Part shown: piece after piece, positions 13,801 to 28,511 of the stretch
Position numbering within the stretch: position 1 is the first letter of the stretch
How the letters are laid out: every line of letters begins with the position of its first letter
Origin: Auanema rhodensis
Taxonomy: Eukaryota; Animalia; Nematoda
Length of the DNA stretch: 64,000 bases
Direction: 5' to 3'
NCBI GenBank assembly: GCA_964057225.1
Contig: CAXKVF010000073.1
Coordinates: forward strand, 930,001 to 994,000
Made by a program: the position numbers and the translations under genes
The notes under the pieces: generated by a model
The model's database searches: none
Told to the model about the DNA's origin: nothing
The model's input: the letters and a program-made list of their open reading frames with translations, nothing else

Positions 13801-16800
13801 AATATGGACATGGGGAATCTAATTTTGAAAACCGCATCTCTTTATCTTTCACGTGAAGCGAGTTACATACCAAGTGCACATCACGTGTACATTTAATTAG
13901 CATAAATTAAAGTTCACGTAAATTTCAAAGTCATGGTTACCATGAAGCAATATCAATAAAAATTTGTTTTTAGACTAATATGGACATGGGGAATCTAATT
14001 TTGAAAACCGCATCTCTTTATCTTTCACGTGAAGCGAGTTACATACCAAGTGCACATCACGTGTACATTTAATTAGCATAAATTAAAGTTCACGTAAATT
14101 TCAAAGTCATGGTTACCATGAACCAATATCAATAAAAATTTGTTTTTAGACTAATATGGACATGGGGAATCTAATTTTGAAAACCGCATCTCTTTATCTT
14201 TCACGTGAAGCGAGTTACATACCAAGTGCACATCACGTGTACATTTAATTAGCATAAATTAAAGTTCACGTAAATTTTAAAGTCATGGTTACCATGAACC
14301 AATATCAATAAAAATTTGTTTTTAGACTAATATGGACATGGGGAATCTAATTTTGGAAACCGCATCTCTTTATCTTTCACGTGAAGCGAGTTACATACCA
14401 AGTGCACATCACGTGTACATTTAATTAGCATAAATTAAAGTTCACATAAAATTCAAAGTCATGGTTACCATGAACCAATATCAATAAAAATTTGTTTTTA
14501 GACTAATATGGACATGGGGAATCTAATTTTGAAAACCGCATCTCTTTATCTTTCACGTGAAGCGAGTTACATACCAAGTGCACATCACGTGTACATTTAA
14601 TTAGCATAAATTAAAGTTCACGTAAATTTCAAAGTCATGGTTACCATGAAGCAATATCAATAAAAATTTGTTTTTAGACTAATATGGACATGGGGAATCT
14701 AATTTTGAAAACCGCATCTCTTTATCTTTCACGTGAAGCGAGTTACATACCAAGTGCACATCACGTGTACATTTAATTAGCATAAATTAAAGTTCACGTA
14801 AATTTCAAAGTCATGGTTACCATGAAGCAATATCAATAAAAATTTGTTTTTAGACTAATATGGACATGGGGAATCTAATTTTGAAAACCGCATCTCTTTA
14901 TCTTTCACGTGAAGCGAGTTACATACCAAGTGCACATCACGTGTACATTTAATTAGCATAAATTAAAGTTCACGTAAATTTCAAAGTCATGGTTACCATG
15001 AAGCAATATCAATAAAAATTTGTTTTTAGACTAATATGGACATGGGGAATCTAATTTTGAAAACCGCATCTCTTTATCTTTCACGTGAAGCGAGTTACAT
15101 ACCAAGTGCACATCACGTGTACATTTAATTAGCATAAATTAAAGTTCACGTAAATTTCAAAGTCATGGTTACCATGAACCAATATCAATAAAAATTTGTT
15201 TTTAGACTAATATGGACATGGGGAATCTAATTTTGGAAACCGCATCTCTTTATCTTTCACGTGAAGCGAGTTACATACCAAGTGCACATCACGTGTACAT
15301 TTAATTAGCATAAATTAAAGTTCACATAAAATTCAAAGTCATGGTTACCATGAACCAATATCAATAAAAATTTGTTTTTAGACTAATATGGACATGGGGA
15401 ATCTAATTTTGAAAACCGCATCTCTTTATCTTTCACGTGAAGCGAGTTACATACCAAGTGCACATCACGTGTACATTTAATTAGCATAAATTAAAGTTCA
15501 CGTAAATTTTAAAGTCATGGTTACCATGAACCAATATCAATAAAAATTTGTTTTTAGACTAATATGGACATGGGGAATCTAATTTTGGAAACCGCATCTC
15601 TTTATCTTTCACGTGAAGCGAGTTACATACCAAGTGCACATCACGTGTACATTTAATTAGCATAAATTAAAGTTCACATAAAATTCAAAGTCATGGTTAC
15701 CATGAACCAATATCAATAAAAATTTGTTTTTAGACTAATATAGACATGAGGAATCTAATTTTGAAAACCGCATCTCTTTATCTTTCACGTGAAGCGAGTT
15801 ACATACCAAGTGCACATCACGTGTACATTTAATTAGCATAAATTAAAGTTCACGTAAATTTCAAAGTCATGGTTACCATGCACCAATATCAATAAAAATT
15901 TGTTTTTAGACTAATATGGACATGGGGAATCTAATTTTGAAAACCGCATCTCTTTATCTTTCACGTGAAGCGAGTTACATACCAAGTGCACATCACGTGT
16001 ACATTTAATTAGCATAAATTAAAGTTCACGTAAATTTCAAAGTCATGGTTACCATGAAGCAATATCAATAAAAATTTGTTTTTAGACTAATATGGACATG
16101 GGGAATCTAATTTTGAAAACCGCATCTCTTTATCTTTCACGTGAAGCGAGTTACATACCAAGTGCACATCACGTGTACATTTAATTAGCATAAATTAAAG
16201 TTCTCGTAAATTTCAAAGTCATGGTTACCATGAACCAATATCAATGAAAATTTGTTTTTAGACTAATATGGACATGGGGAATCTAATTTTGAAAACCGCA
16301 TTTCTTTATCTTTCACGTGAAGCGAGTTACATACCAAGTGCACATCACGCGTACATTTAATTAGCATTAATTAAAGTTCACGTAAATTTCAAAGTCATGG
16401 TTACCATGAACCAATATCAATAAAAATTTGTTTTTAGACTAATATGGACATGGGGAATCTAATTTTGAAAACCGCATCTCTTTATCTTTCACGTGAAGCG
16501 AGTTACATACCAAGTGCACATCACGTGTACATTTAATTAGCATAAATTAAAGTTCACGTAAATTTCAAAGTCATGGTTACCATGAAGCAATATCAATAAA
16601 AATTTGTTTTTAGACTAATATGGACATGGGGAATCTAATTTTGAAAACCGCATCTCTTTATCTTTCACGTGAAGCGAGTTACATACCAAGTGCACATCAC
16701 GTGTACATTTAATTAGCATTAATTAAAGTTCACGTAAATTTCAAAGTCATGGTTACCATGAAGCAATATCAATAAAAATTTGTTTTTAGACTAATATGGA

Positions 16801-19229
16801 CATGGGGAATCTAATTTTGAAAACCGCATCTCTTTATCTTTCACGTGAAGCGAGTTACATACCAAGTGCACATCACGCGTACATTTAATTAGCATTAATT
16901 AAAGTTCACGTAAATTTCAAAGTCATGGTTACCATGAACCAATATCAATAAAAATTTGTTTTTAGACTAATATGGACATGGGGAATCTAATTTTGAAAAC
17001 CGCATCTCTTTATCTTTCATGTGAAGCGAGTTACATACCAAGTGCACATCACGTGTACATTTAATTAGCATAAATTAAAGTTCACGTAAATTTCAAAGTC
17101 ATGGTTACCATGAAGCAATATCAATAAAAATTTGTTTTTAGACTAATATGGACATGGGGAATCTAATTTTTAAAACCGCATCTCTTTATCTTTAACGTGA
17201 AGCGAGTTACATACCAAGTGCACATCACGTGTACATTTAATTAGCATAAATTAAAGTTCACGTAAATTTCAAAGTCATGGTTACCATGAACCAATATCAA
17301 TAAAAATTTGTTTTTAGACTAATATGGACATGGGAAATCTAATTTTGAAAACCGCATCTCTTTATCTTTCACGTGAAGCGAGTTACATACCAAGTGCACA
17401 TCACGTGTACATTTAATTAGCATAAATTAAAGTTCACGTAAATTTCAAAGTCATGGTTACCATGAACCAATATCAATAAAAATTTGTTTTTAGACTAATA
17501 TGGACATGGGGAATCTAATTTTGAAAACCGCATCTCTTTATCTTTAACGTGAAGCGAGTTACATACCAAGTGCACATCACGTGTACATTTAATTAGCATA
17601 AATTAAAGTTCACGTAAATTTCAAAGTCATGGTTACCATGAACCAATATCAATAAAAATTTGTTTTTAGACTAATATGGACATGGGAAATCTAATTTTGA
17701 AAACCGCATTTCTTTATCTTTCACGTGAAGCGAGTTACATACCAAGTGCACATCACGTGTACATTTAATTAGCATAAATTAAAGTTCACATAAAATTCAA
17801 AGTCATGGTTACCATGAACCAATATCAATAAAAATTTGTTTTTAGACTAATATGGACATGGGGAATCTAATTTTGAAAACCGCATCTCTTTATCTTTCAC
17901 GTGAAGCGAGTTACATACCAAGTGCACATCACGTGTACATTTAATTAGCATAAATTAAAGTTCACGTAAATTTCAAAGTCATGGTTACCATGAAGCAATA
18001 TCAATAAAAATTTGTTTTTAGACTAATATGGACATGGGGAATCTAATTTTGAAAACCGCATCTCTTTATCTTTCACGTGAAGCGAGTTACATACCAAGTG
18101 CACATCACGTGTACATTTAATTAGCATAAATTAAAGTTCACGTAAATTTCAAAGTCATGGTTACCATGAAGCAATATCAATAAAAATTTGTTTTTAGACT
18201 AATATGGACATGGGGAATCTAATTTTGAAAACCGCATCTCTTTATCTTTCACGTGAAGCGAGTTACATACCAAGTGCACATCACGTGTACATTTAATTAG
18301 CATAAATTAAAGTTCACGTAAATTTCAAAGTCATGGTTACCATGAACCAATATCAATAAAAATTTGTTTTTAGACTAATATGGACATGGGGAATCTAATT
18401 TGAAAAACCGCATCTCTTTATCTTTCACGTGAAGCGAGTTACATACCAAGTGCACATCACGTGTACATTTAATTAGCATAAATTAAAGTTCACGTAAATT
18501 TCAAAGTCATGGTTACCATGAAGCAATATCAATAAAAATTTGTTTTTAGACTAATATGGACATGGGGAATCTAATTTTGAAAACCGCATCTCTTTATCTT
18601 TCACGTGAAGCGAGTTACATACCAAGTGCACATCACGTGTACATTTAATTAGCATAAATTAAAGTTCACGTAAATTTCAAAGTCATGGTTACCATGAAGC
18701 AATATCAATAAAAATTTGTTTTTAGACTAATATGGACATGGGGAATCTAATTTTGAAAACCGCATCTCTTTATCTTTCACGTGAAGCGAGTTACATACCA
18801 AGTGCACATCACGTGTACATTTAATTAGCATAAATTAAAGTTCACGTAAATTTCAAAGTCATGGTTACCATGAACCAATATCAATAAAAATTTGTTTTTA
18901 GACTAATATGGACATGGGGAATCTAATTTTGAAAACCGCATCTCTTTATCTTTCACGTGAAGCGAGTTACATACCAAGTGCACATCACGTGTACATTTAA
19001 TTAGCATAAATTAAAGTTCACGTAAATTTCAAAGTCATGGTTACCATGAACCAATATCAATAAAAATTTGTTTTTAGACTAATATGGACATGGGGAATCT
19101 AATTTGAAAAACCGCATCTCTTTATCTTTCACGTGAAGCGAGTTACATACCAAGTGCACATCACGTGTACATTTAATTAGCATAAATTAAAGTTCACGTA
19201 AATTTCAAAGTCATGGTTACCATGAAGCA

Positions 19230-22200
19230 ATATCAATAAAAATTTGTTTTTAGACTAATATGGACATGGGGAATCTAATTTTGAAAACCGCATCTCTTTA
19301 TCTTTCACGTGAAGCGAGTTACATACCAAGTGCACATCACGTGTACATTTAATTAGCATAAATTAAAGTTCACGTAAATTTCAAAGTCATGGTTACCATA
19401 AACCAATATCAATAAAAATTTGTTTTTAGACTAATATAGACATGAGGAATCTAATTTTGAAAACCGCATCTCTTTATCTTTCACGTGAAGCGAGTTACAT
19501 ACCAAGTGCACATCACGTGTACATTTAATTAGCATAAATTAAAGTTCACGTAAATTTCAAAGTCATGGTTACCATGCACCAATATCAATAAAAATTTGTT
19601 TTTAGACTAATATGGACATGGGGAATCTAATTTTGAAAACCGCATCTCTTTATCTTTCACGTGAAGCGAGTTACATACCAAGTGCACATCACGTGTACAT
19701 TTAATTAGCATAAATTAAAGTTCACGTAAATTTCAAAGTCATGGTTACCATGAAGCAATATCAATAAAAATTTGTTTTTAGACTAATATGGACATGGGGA
19801 ATCTAATTTTGAAAACCGCATCTCTTTATCTTTCACGTGAAGCGAGTTACATACCAAGTGCACATCACGTGTACATTTAATTAGCATAAATTAAAGTTCT
19901 CGTAAATTTCAAAGTCATGGTTACCATGAACCAATATCAATGAAAATTTGTTTTTAGACTAATATGGACATGGGGAATCTAATTTTGAAAACCGCATTTC
20001 TTTATCTTTCACGTGAAGCGAGTTACATACCAAGTGCACATCACGTGTACATTTAATTAGCATAAATTAAAGTTCACGTAAAATTCAAAGTCATGGTTAC
20101 CATGAACCAATATCAATAAAAATTTGTTTTTAGACTAATATGGACATGGGGAATCTAATTTTGAAAACCGCATCTCTTTATCTTTCACGTGAAGCGAGTT
20201 ACATACCAAGTGCACATCACGTGTACATTTAATTAGCATAAATTAAAGTTCACGTAAATTTCAAAGTCATGGTTACCATGAACCAATATCAATAAAAATT
20301 TGTTTTTAGACTAATATGGACATGGGGAATCTAATTTGAAAAACCGCATCTCTTTATCTTTCACGTGAAGCGAGTTACATACCAAGTGCACATCACGTGT
20401 ACATTTAATTAGCATAAATTAAAGTTCACGTAAATTTCAAAGTCATGGTTACCATGAAGCAATATCAATAAAAATTTGTTTTTAGACTAATATGGACATG
20501 GGGAATCTAATTTTGAAAACCGCATCTCTTTATCTTTCACGTGAAGCGAGTTACATACCAAGTGCACATCACGTGTACATTTAATTAGCATAAATTAAAG
20601 TTCACGTAAATTTCAAAGTCATGGTTACCATGAAGCAATATCAATAAAAATTTGTTTTTAGACTAATATGGACATGGGGAATCTAATTTTGAAAACCGCA
20701 TCTCTTTATCTTTCACGTGAAGCGAGTTACATACCAAGTGCACATCACGTGTACATTTAATTAGCATAAATTAAAGTTCACGTAAATTTCAAAGTCATGG
20801 TTACCATGAACCAATATCAATAAAAATTTGTTTTTAGACTAATATAGACATGAGGAATCTAATTTTGAAAACCGCATCTCTTTATCTTTCACGTGAAGCG
20901 AGTTACATACCAAGTGCACATCACGTGTACATTTAATTAGCATAAATTAAAGTTCACGTAAATTTCAAAGTCATGGTTACCATGCACCAATATCAATAAA
21001 AATTTGTTTTTAGACTAATATGGACATGGGGAATCTAATTTTGAAAACCGCATCTCTTTATCTTTCACGTGAAGCGAGTTACATACCAAGTGCACATCAC
21101 GTGTACATTTAATTAGCATAAATTAAAGTTCACGTAAATTTCAAAGTCATGGTTACCATGAAGCAATATCAATAAAAATTTGTTTTTAGACTAATATGGA
21201 CATGGGGAATCTAATTTTGAAAACCGCATCTCTTTATCTTTCACGTGAAGCGAGTTACATACCAAGTGCACATCACGTGTACATTTAATTAGCATAAATT
21301 AAAGTTCTCGTAAATTTCAAAGTCATGGTTACCATGAACCAATATCAATAAAAATTTGTTTTTAGACTAATATAGACATGAGGAATCTAATTTTGAAAAC
21401 CGCATCTCTTTATCTTTCACGTGAAGCGAGTTACATACCAAGTGCACATCACGTGTACATTTAATTAGCATAAATTAAAGTTCTCGTAAATTTCAAAGTC
21501 ATGGTTACCATGAACCAATATCAATGAAAATTTGTTTTTAGACTAATATGGACATGGGGAATCTAATTTTGAAAACCGCATTTCTTTATCTTTCACGTGA
21601 AGCGAGTTACATACCAAGTGCACATCACGTGTACATTTAATTAGCATAAATTAAAGTTCACGTAAAATTCAAAGTCATGGTTACCATGAACCAATATCAA
21701 TAAAAATTTGTTTTTAGACTAATATGGACATGGGGAATCTAATTTTGAAAACCGCATCTCTTTATCTTTCACGTGAAGCGAGTTACATACCAAGTGCACA
21801 TCACGTGTACATTTAATTAGCATAAATTAAAGTTCACGTAAATTTCAAAGTCATGGTTACCATGAAGCAATATCAATAAAAATTTGTTTTTAGACTAATA
21901 TGGACATGGGGAATCTAATTTTGAAAACCGCATCTCTTTATCTTTCACGTGAAGCGAGTTACATACCAAGTGCACATCACGCGTACATTTAATTAGCATT
22001 AATTAAAGTTCACGTAAATTTCAAAGTCATGGTTACCATGAACCAATATCAATAAAAATTTGTTTTTAGACTAATATGGACATGGGGAATCTAATTTTGA
22101 AAACCGCATCTCTTTATCTTTCACGTGAAGCGAGTTACATACCAAGTGCACATCACGTGTACATTTAATTAGCATAAATTAAAGTTCACGTAAATTTCAA

Positions 22201-25200
22201 AGTCATGGTTCCCATGAAGCAATATCAATAAAAATTTGTTTTTAGACTAATATGGACATGGGGAATCTAATTTTGAAAACCGCATCTCTTTATCTTTCAC
22301 GTGAAGCGAGTTACATACCAAGTGCACATCACGTGTACATTTAATTAGCATTAATTAAAGTTCACGTAAATTTCAAAGTCATGGTTACCATGAACCAATA
22401 TCAATAAAAATTTGTTTTTAGACTAATATGGACATGGGGAATCTAATTTTGAAAACCGCATCTCTTTATCTTTCACGTGAAGCGAGTTACATACCAAGTG
22501 CACATCACGTGTACATTTAATTAGCATTAATTAAAGTTCACGTAAATTTCAAAGTCATGGTTACCATGAAGCAATATCAATAAAAATTTGTTTTTAGACT
22601 AATATGGACATGGGGAATCTAATTTTGAAAACCGCATCTCTTTATCTTTCACGTGAAGCGAGTTACATACCAAGTGCACATCACGTGTACATTTAATTAG
22701 CATTAATTAAAGTTCACGTAAATTTCAAAGTCATGGTTACCATGAACCAATATCAATAAAAATTTGTTTTTAGACTAATATGGACATGGGGAATCTAATT
22801 TTGAAAACCGCATCTCTTTATCTTTCACGTGAAGCGAGTTACATACCAAGTGCACATCACGTGTACATTTAATTAGCATTAATTAAAGTTCACGTAAATT
22901 TCAAAGTCATGGTTACCATGAACCAATATCAATAAAAATTTGTTTTTAGACTAATATGGACATGGGGAATCTAATTTTGGAAACCGCATCTCTTTATCTT
23001 TCACGTGAAGCGAGTTACATACCAAGTGCACATCACGTGTACATTTAATTAGCATAAATTAAAGTTCACGTAAAATTCAAAGTCATGGTTACCATGAACC
23101 AATATCAATAAAAATTTGTTTTTAGACTAATATGGACATGGGGAATCTAATTTTGAAAACCGCATCTCTTTATCTTTCACGTGAAGCGAGTTACATACCA
23201 AGTGCACATCACGTGTACATTTAATTAGCATAAATTAAAGTTCACGTAAATTTCAAAGTCATGGTTACCATGAACCAATATCAATAAAAATTTGTTTTTA
23301 GACTAATATGGACATGGGGAATCTAATTTTGAAAACCGCATCTCTTTATCTTTCACGTGAAGCGAGTTACATACCAAGTGCACATCACGTGTACATTTAA
23401 TTAGCATAAATTAAAGTTCACGTAAATTTCAAAGTCATGGTTACCATGAACCAATATCAATAAAAATTTGTTTTTAGACTAATATGGACATGGGGAATCT
23501 AATTTTGAAAACCGCATCTCTTTATCTTTCACGTGAAGCGAGTTACATACCAAGTGCACATCACGTGTACATTTAATTAGCATAAATTAAAGTTCACGTA
23601 AATTTCAAAGTCATGGTTACCATGAAGCAATATCAATAAAAATTTGTTTTTAGACTAATATGGACATGGGGAATCTAATTTTGAAAACCGCATCTCTTTA
23701 TCTTTCACGTGAAGCGAGTTACATACCAAGTGCACATCACGTGTACATTTAATTAGCATTAATTAAAGTTCACGTAAATTTCAAAGTCATGGTTACCATG
23801 AACCAATATCAATAAAAATTTGTTTTTAGACTAATATGGACATGGGGAATCTAATTTTGAAAACCGCATCTCTTTATCTTTCACGTGAAGCGAGTTACAT
23901 ACCAAGTGCACATCACGTGTACATTTAATTAGCATAAATTAAAGTTCACGTAAATTTCAAAGTCATGGTTACCATAAACCAATATCAATAAAAATTTGTT
24001 TTTAGACTAATATAGACATGAGGAATCTAATTTTGAAAACCGCATCTCTTTATCTTTCACGTGAAGCGAGTTACATACCAAGTGCACATCACGTGTACAT
24101 TTAATTAGCATAAATTAAAGTTCACGTAAATTTCAAAGTCATGGTTACCATGCACCAATATCAATAAAAATTTGTTTTTAGACTAATATGGACATGGGGA
24201 ATCTAATTTTGAAAACCGCATCTCTTTATCTTTCACGTGAAGCGAGTTACATACCAAGTGCACATCACGTGTACATTTAATTAGCATAAATTAAAGTTCA
24301 CGTAAATTTCAAAGTCATGGTTACCATGAAGCAATATCAATAAAAATTTGTTTTTAGACTAATATGGACATGGGGAATCTAATTTTGAAAACCGCATCTC
24401 TTTATCTTTCACGTGAAGCGAGTTACATACCAAGTGCACATCACGTGTACATTTAATTAGCATAAATTAAAGTTCTCGTAAATTTCAAAGTCATGGTTAC
24501 CATGAACCAATATCAATGAAAATTTGTTTTTAGACTAATATGGACATGGGGAATCTAATTTTGAAAACCGCATTTCTTTATCTTTCACGTGAAGCGAGTT
24601 ACATACCAAGTGCACATCACGTGTACATTTAATTAGCATAAATTAAAGTTCACGTAAAATTCAAAGTCATGGTTACCATGAACCAATATCAATAAAAATT
24701 TGTTTTTAGACTAATATGGACATGGGGAATCTAATTTTGAAAACCGCATCTCTTTATCTTTCACGTGAAGCGAGTTACATACCAAGTGCACATCACGTGT
24801 ACATTTAATTAGCATAAATTAAAGTTCACGTAAATTTCAAAGTCATGGTTACCATGAACCAATATCAATAAAAATTTGTTTTTAGACTAATATGGACATG
24901 GGGAATCTAATTTGAAAAACCGCATCTCTTTATCTTTCACGTGAAGCGAGTTACATACCAAGTGCACATCACGTGTACATTTAATTAGCATAAATTAAAG
25001 TTCACGTAAATTTCAAAGTCATGGTTACCATGAAGCAATATCAATAAAAATTTGTTTTTAGACTAATATGGACATGGGGAATCTAATTTTGAAAACCGCA
25101 TCTCTTTATCTTTCACGTGAAGCGAGTTACATACCAAGTGCACATCACGTGTACATTTAATTAGCATAAATTAAAGTTCACGTAAATTTCAAAGTCATGG

Positions 25201-28200
25201 TTACCATGAAGCAATATCAATAAAAATTTGTTTTCAGACTAATATGGACATGGGGAATCTAATTTTGAAAACCGCATCTCTTTATCTTTCACGTGAAGCG
25301 AGTTACATACCAAGTGCACATCACGTGTACATTTAATTAGCATAAATTAAAGTTCACGTAAATTTCAAAGTCATGGTTACCATGAACCAATATCAATAAA
25401 AATTTGTTTTTAGACTAATATAGACATGAGGAATCTAATTTTGAAAACCGCATCTCTTTATCTTTCACGTGAAGCGAGTTACATACCAAGTGCACATCAC
25501 GTGTACATTTAATTAGCATAAATTAAAGTTCACGTAAATTTCAAAGTCATGGTTACCATGCACCAATATCAATAAAAATTTGTTTTTAGACTAATATGGA
25601 CATGGGGAATCTAATTTTGAAAACCGCATCTCTTTATCTTTCACGTGAAGCGAGTTACATACCAAGTGCACATCACGTGTACATTTAATTAGCATAAATT
25701 AAAGTTCACGTAAATTTCAAAGTCATGGTTACCATGAAGCAATATCAATAAAAATTTGTTTTTAGACTAATATGGACATGGGGAATCTAATTTTGAAAAC
25801 CGCATCTCTTTATCTTTCACGTGAAGCGAGTTACATACCAAGTGCACATCACGTGTACATTTAATTAGCATAAATTAAAGTTCTCGTAAATTTCAAAGTC
25901 ATGGTTACCATGAACCAATATCAATAAAAATTTGTTTTTAGACTAATATAGACATGAGGAATCTAATTTTGAAAACCGCATCTCTTTATCTTTCACGTGA
26001 AGCGAGTTACATACCAAGTGCACATCACGTGTACATTTAATTAGCATAAATTAAAGTTCTCGTAAATTTCAAAGTCATGGTTACCATGAACCAATATCAA
26101 TGAAAATTTGTTTTTAGACTAATATGGACATGGGGAATCTAATTTTGAAAACCGCATTTCTTTATCTTTCACGTGAAGCGAGTTACATACCAAGTGCACA
26201 TCACGTGTACATTTAATTAGCATAAATTAAAGTTCACGTAAAATTCAAAGTCATGGTTACCATGAACCAATATCAATAAAAATTTGTTTTTAGACTAATA
26301 TGGACATGGGGAATCTAATTTTGAAAACCGCATCTCTTTATCTTTCACGTGAAGCGAGTTACATACCAAGTGCACATCACGTGTACATTTAATTAGCATA
26401 AATTAAAGTTCACGTAAATTTCAAAGTCATGGTTACCATGAAGCAATATCAATAAAAATTTGTTTTTAGACTAATATGGACATGGGGAATCTAATTTTGA
26501 AAACCGCATCTCTTTATCTTTCACGTGAAGCGAGTTACATACCAAGTGCACATCACGCGTACATTTAATTAGCATTAATTAAAGTTCACGTAAATTTCAA
26601 AGTCATGGTTACCATGAACCAATATCAATAAAAATTTGTTTTTAGACTAATATGGACATGGGGAATCTAATTTTGAAAACCGCATCTCTTTATCTTTCAC
26701 GTGAAGCGAGTTACATACCAAGTGCACATCACGTGTACATTTAATTAGCATAAATTAAAGTTCACGTAAATTTCAAAGTCATGGTTCCCATGAAGCAATA
26801 TCAATAAAAATTTGTTTTTAGACTAATATGGACATGGGGAATCTAATTTTGAAAACCGCATCTCTTTATCTTTCACGTGAAGCGAGTTACATACCAAGTG
26901 CACATCACGTGTACATTTAATTAGCATTAATTAAAGTTCACGTAAATTTCAAAGTCATGGTTACCATGAACCAATATCAATAAAAATTTGTTTTTAGACT
27001 AATATGGACATGGGGAATCTAATTTTGAAAACCGCATCTCTTTATCTTTCACGTGAAGCGAGTTACATACCAAGTGCACATCACGTGTACATTTAATTAG
27101 CATTAATTAAAGTTCACGTAAATTTCAAAGTCATGGTTACCATGAAGCAATATCAATAAAAATTTGTTTTTAGACTAATATGGACATGGGGAATCTAATT
27201 TTGAAAACCGCATCTCTTTATCTTTCACGTGAAGCGAGTTACATACCAAGTGCACATCACGTGTACATTTAATTAGCATTAATTAAAGTTCACGTAAATT
27301 TCAAAGTCATGGTTACCATGAACCAATATCAATAAAAATTTGTTTTTAGACTAATATGGACATGGGGAATCTAATTTTGAAAACCGCATCTCTTTATCTT
27401 TCACGTGAAGCGAGTTACATACCAAGTGCACATCACGTGTACATTTAATTAGCATTAATTAAAGTTCACGTAAATTTCAAAGTCATGGTTACCATGAACC
27501 AATATCAATAAAAATTTGTTTTTAGACTAATATGGACATGGGGAATCTAATTTTGGAAACCGCATCTCTTTATCTTTCACGTGAAGCGAGTTACATACCA
27601 AGTGCACATCACGTGTACATTTAATTAGCATAAATTAAAGTTCACGTAAAATTCAAAGTCATGGTTACCATGAACCAATATCAATAAAAATTTGTTTTTA
27701 GACTAATATGGACATGGGGAATCTAATTTTGAAAACCGCATCTCTTTATCTTTCACGTGAAGCGAGTTACATACCAAGTGCACATCACGTGTACATTTAA
27801 TTAGCATAAATTAAAGTTCACGTAAATTTCAAAGTCATGGTTACCATGAACCAATATCAATAAAAATTTGTTTTTAGACTAATATGGACATGGGGAATCT
27901 AATTTTGAAAACCGCATCTCTTTATCTTTCACGTGAAGCGAGTTACATACCAAGTGCACATCACGTGTACATTTAATTAGCATAAATTAAAGTTCACGTA
28001 AATTTCAAAGTCATGGTTACCATGAACCAATATCAATAAAAATTTGTTTTTAGACTAATATGGACATGGGGAATCTAATTTTGAAAACCGCATCTCTTTA
28101 TCTTTCACGTGAAGCGAGTTACATACCAAGTGCACATCACGTGTACATTTAATTAGCATAAATTAAAGTTCACGTAAATTTCAAAGTCATGGTTACCATG

Positions 28201-28511
28201 AAGCAATATCAATAAAAATTTGTTTTTAGACTAATATGGACATGGGGAATCTAATTTTGAAAACCGCATCTCTTTATCTTTCACGTGAAGCGAGTTACAT
28301 ACCAAGTGCACATCACGTGTACATTTAATTAGCATTAATTAAAGTTCACGTAAATTTCAAAGTCATGGTTACCATGAACCAATATCAATAAAAATTTGTT
28401 TTTAGACTAATATGGACATGGGGAATCTAATTTTGAAAACCGCATCTCTTTATCTTTCACGTGAAGCGAGTTACATACCAAGTGCACATCACGTGTACAT
28501 TTAATTAGCAT
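19230..28511. repeat. Tandem duplication of a 26-monomer (4576-bp) block
   Basis: Variants recur 4576 bp apart: CCATAAACC 19400/23976, GGTTCCCATG 22211/26787, CATTAATT 23760/28336. Confidence 0.85.
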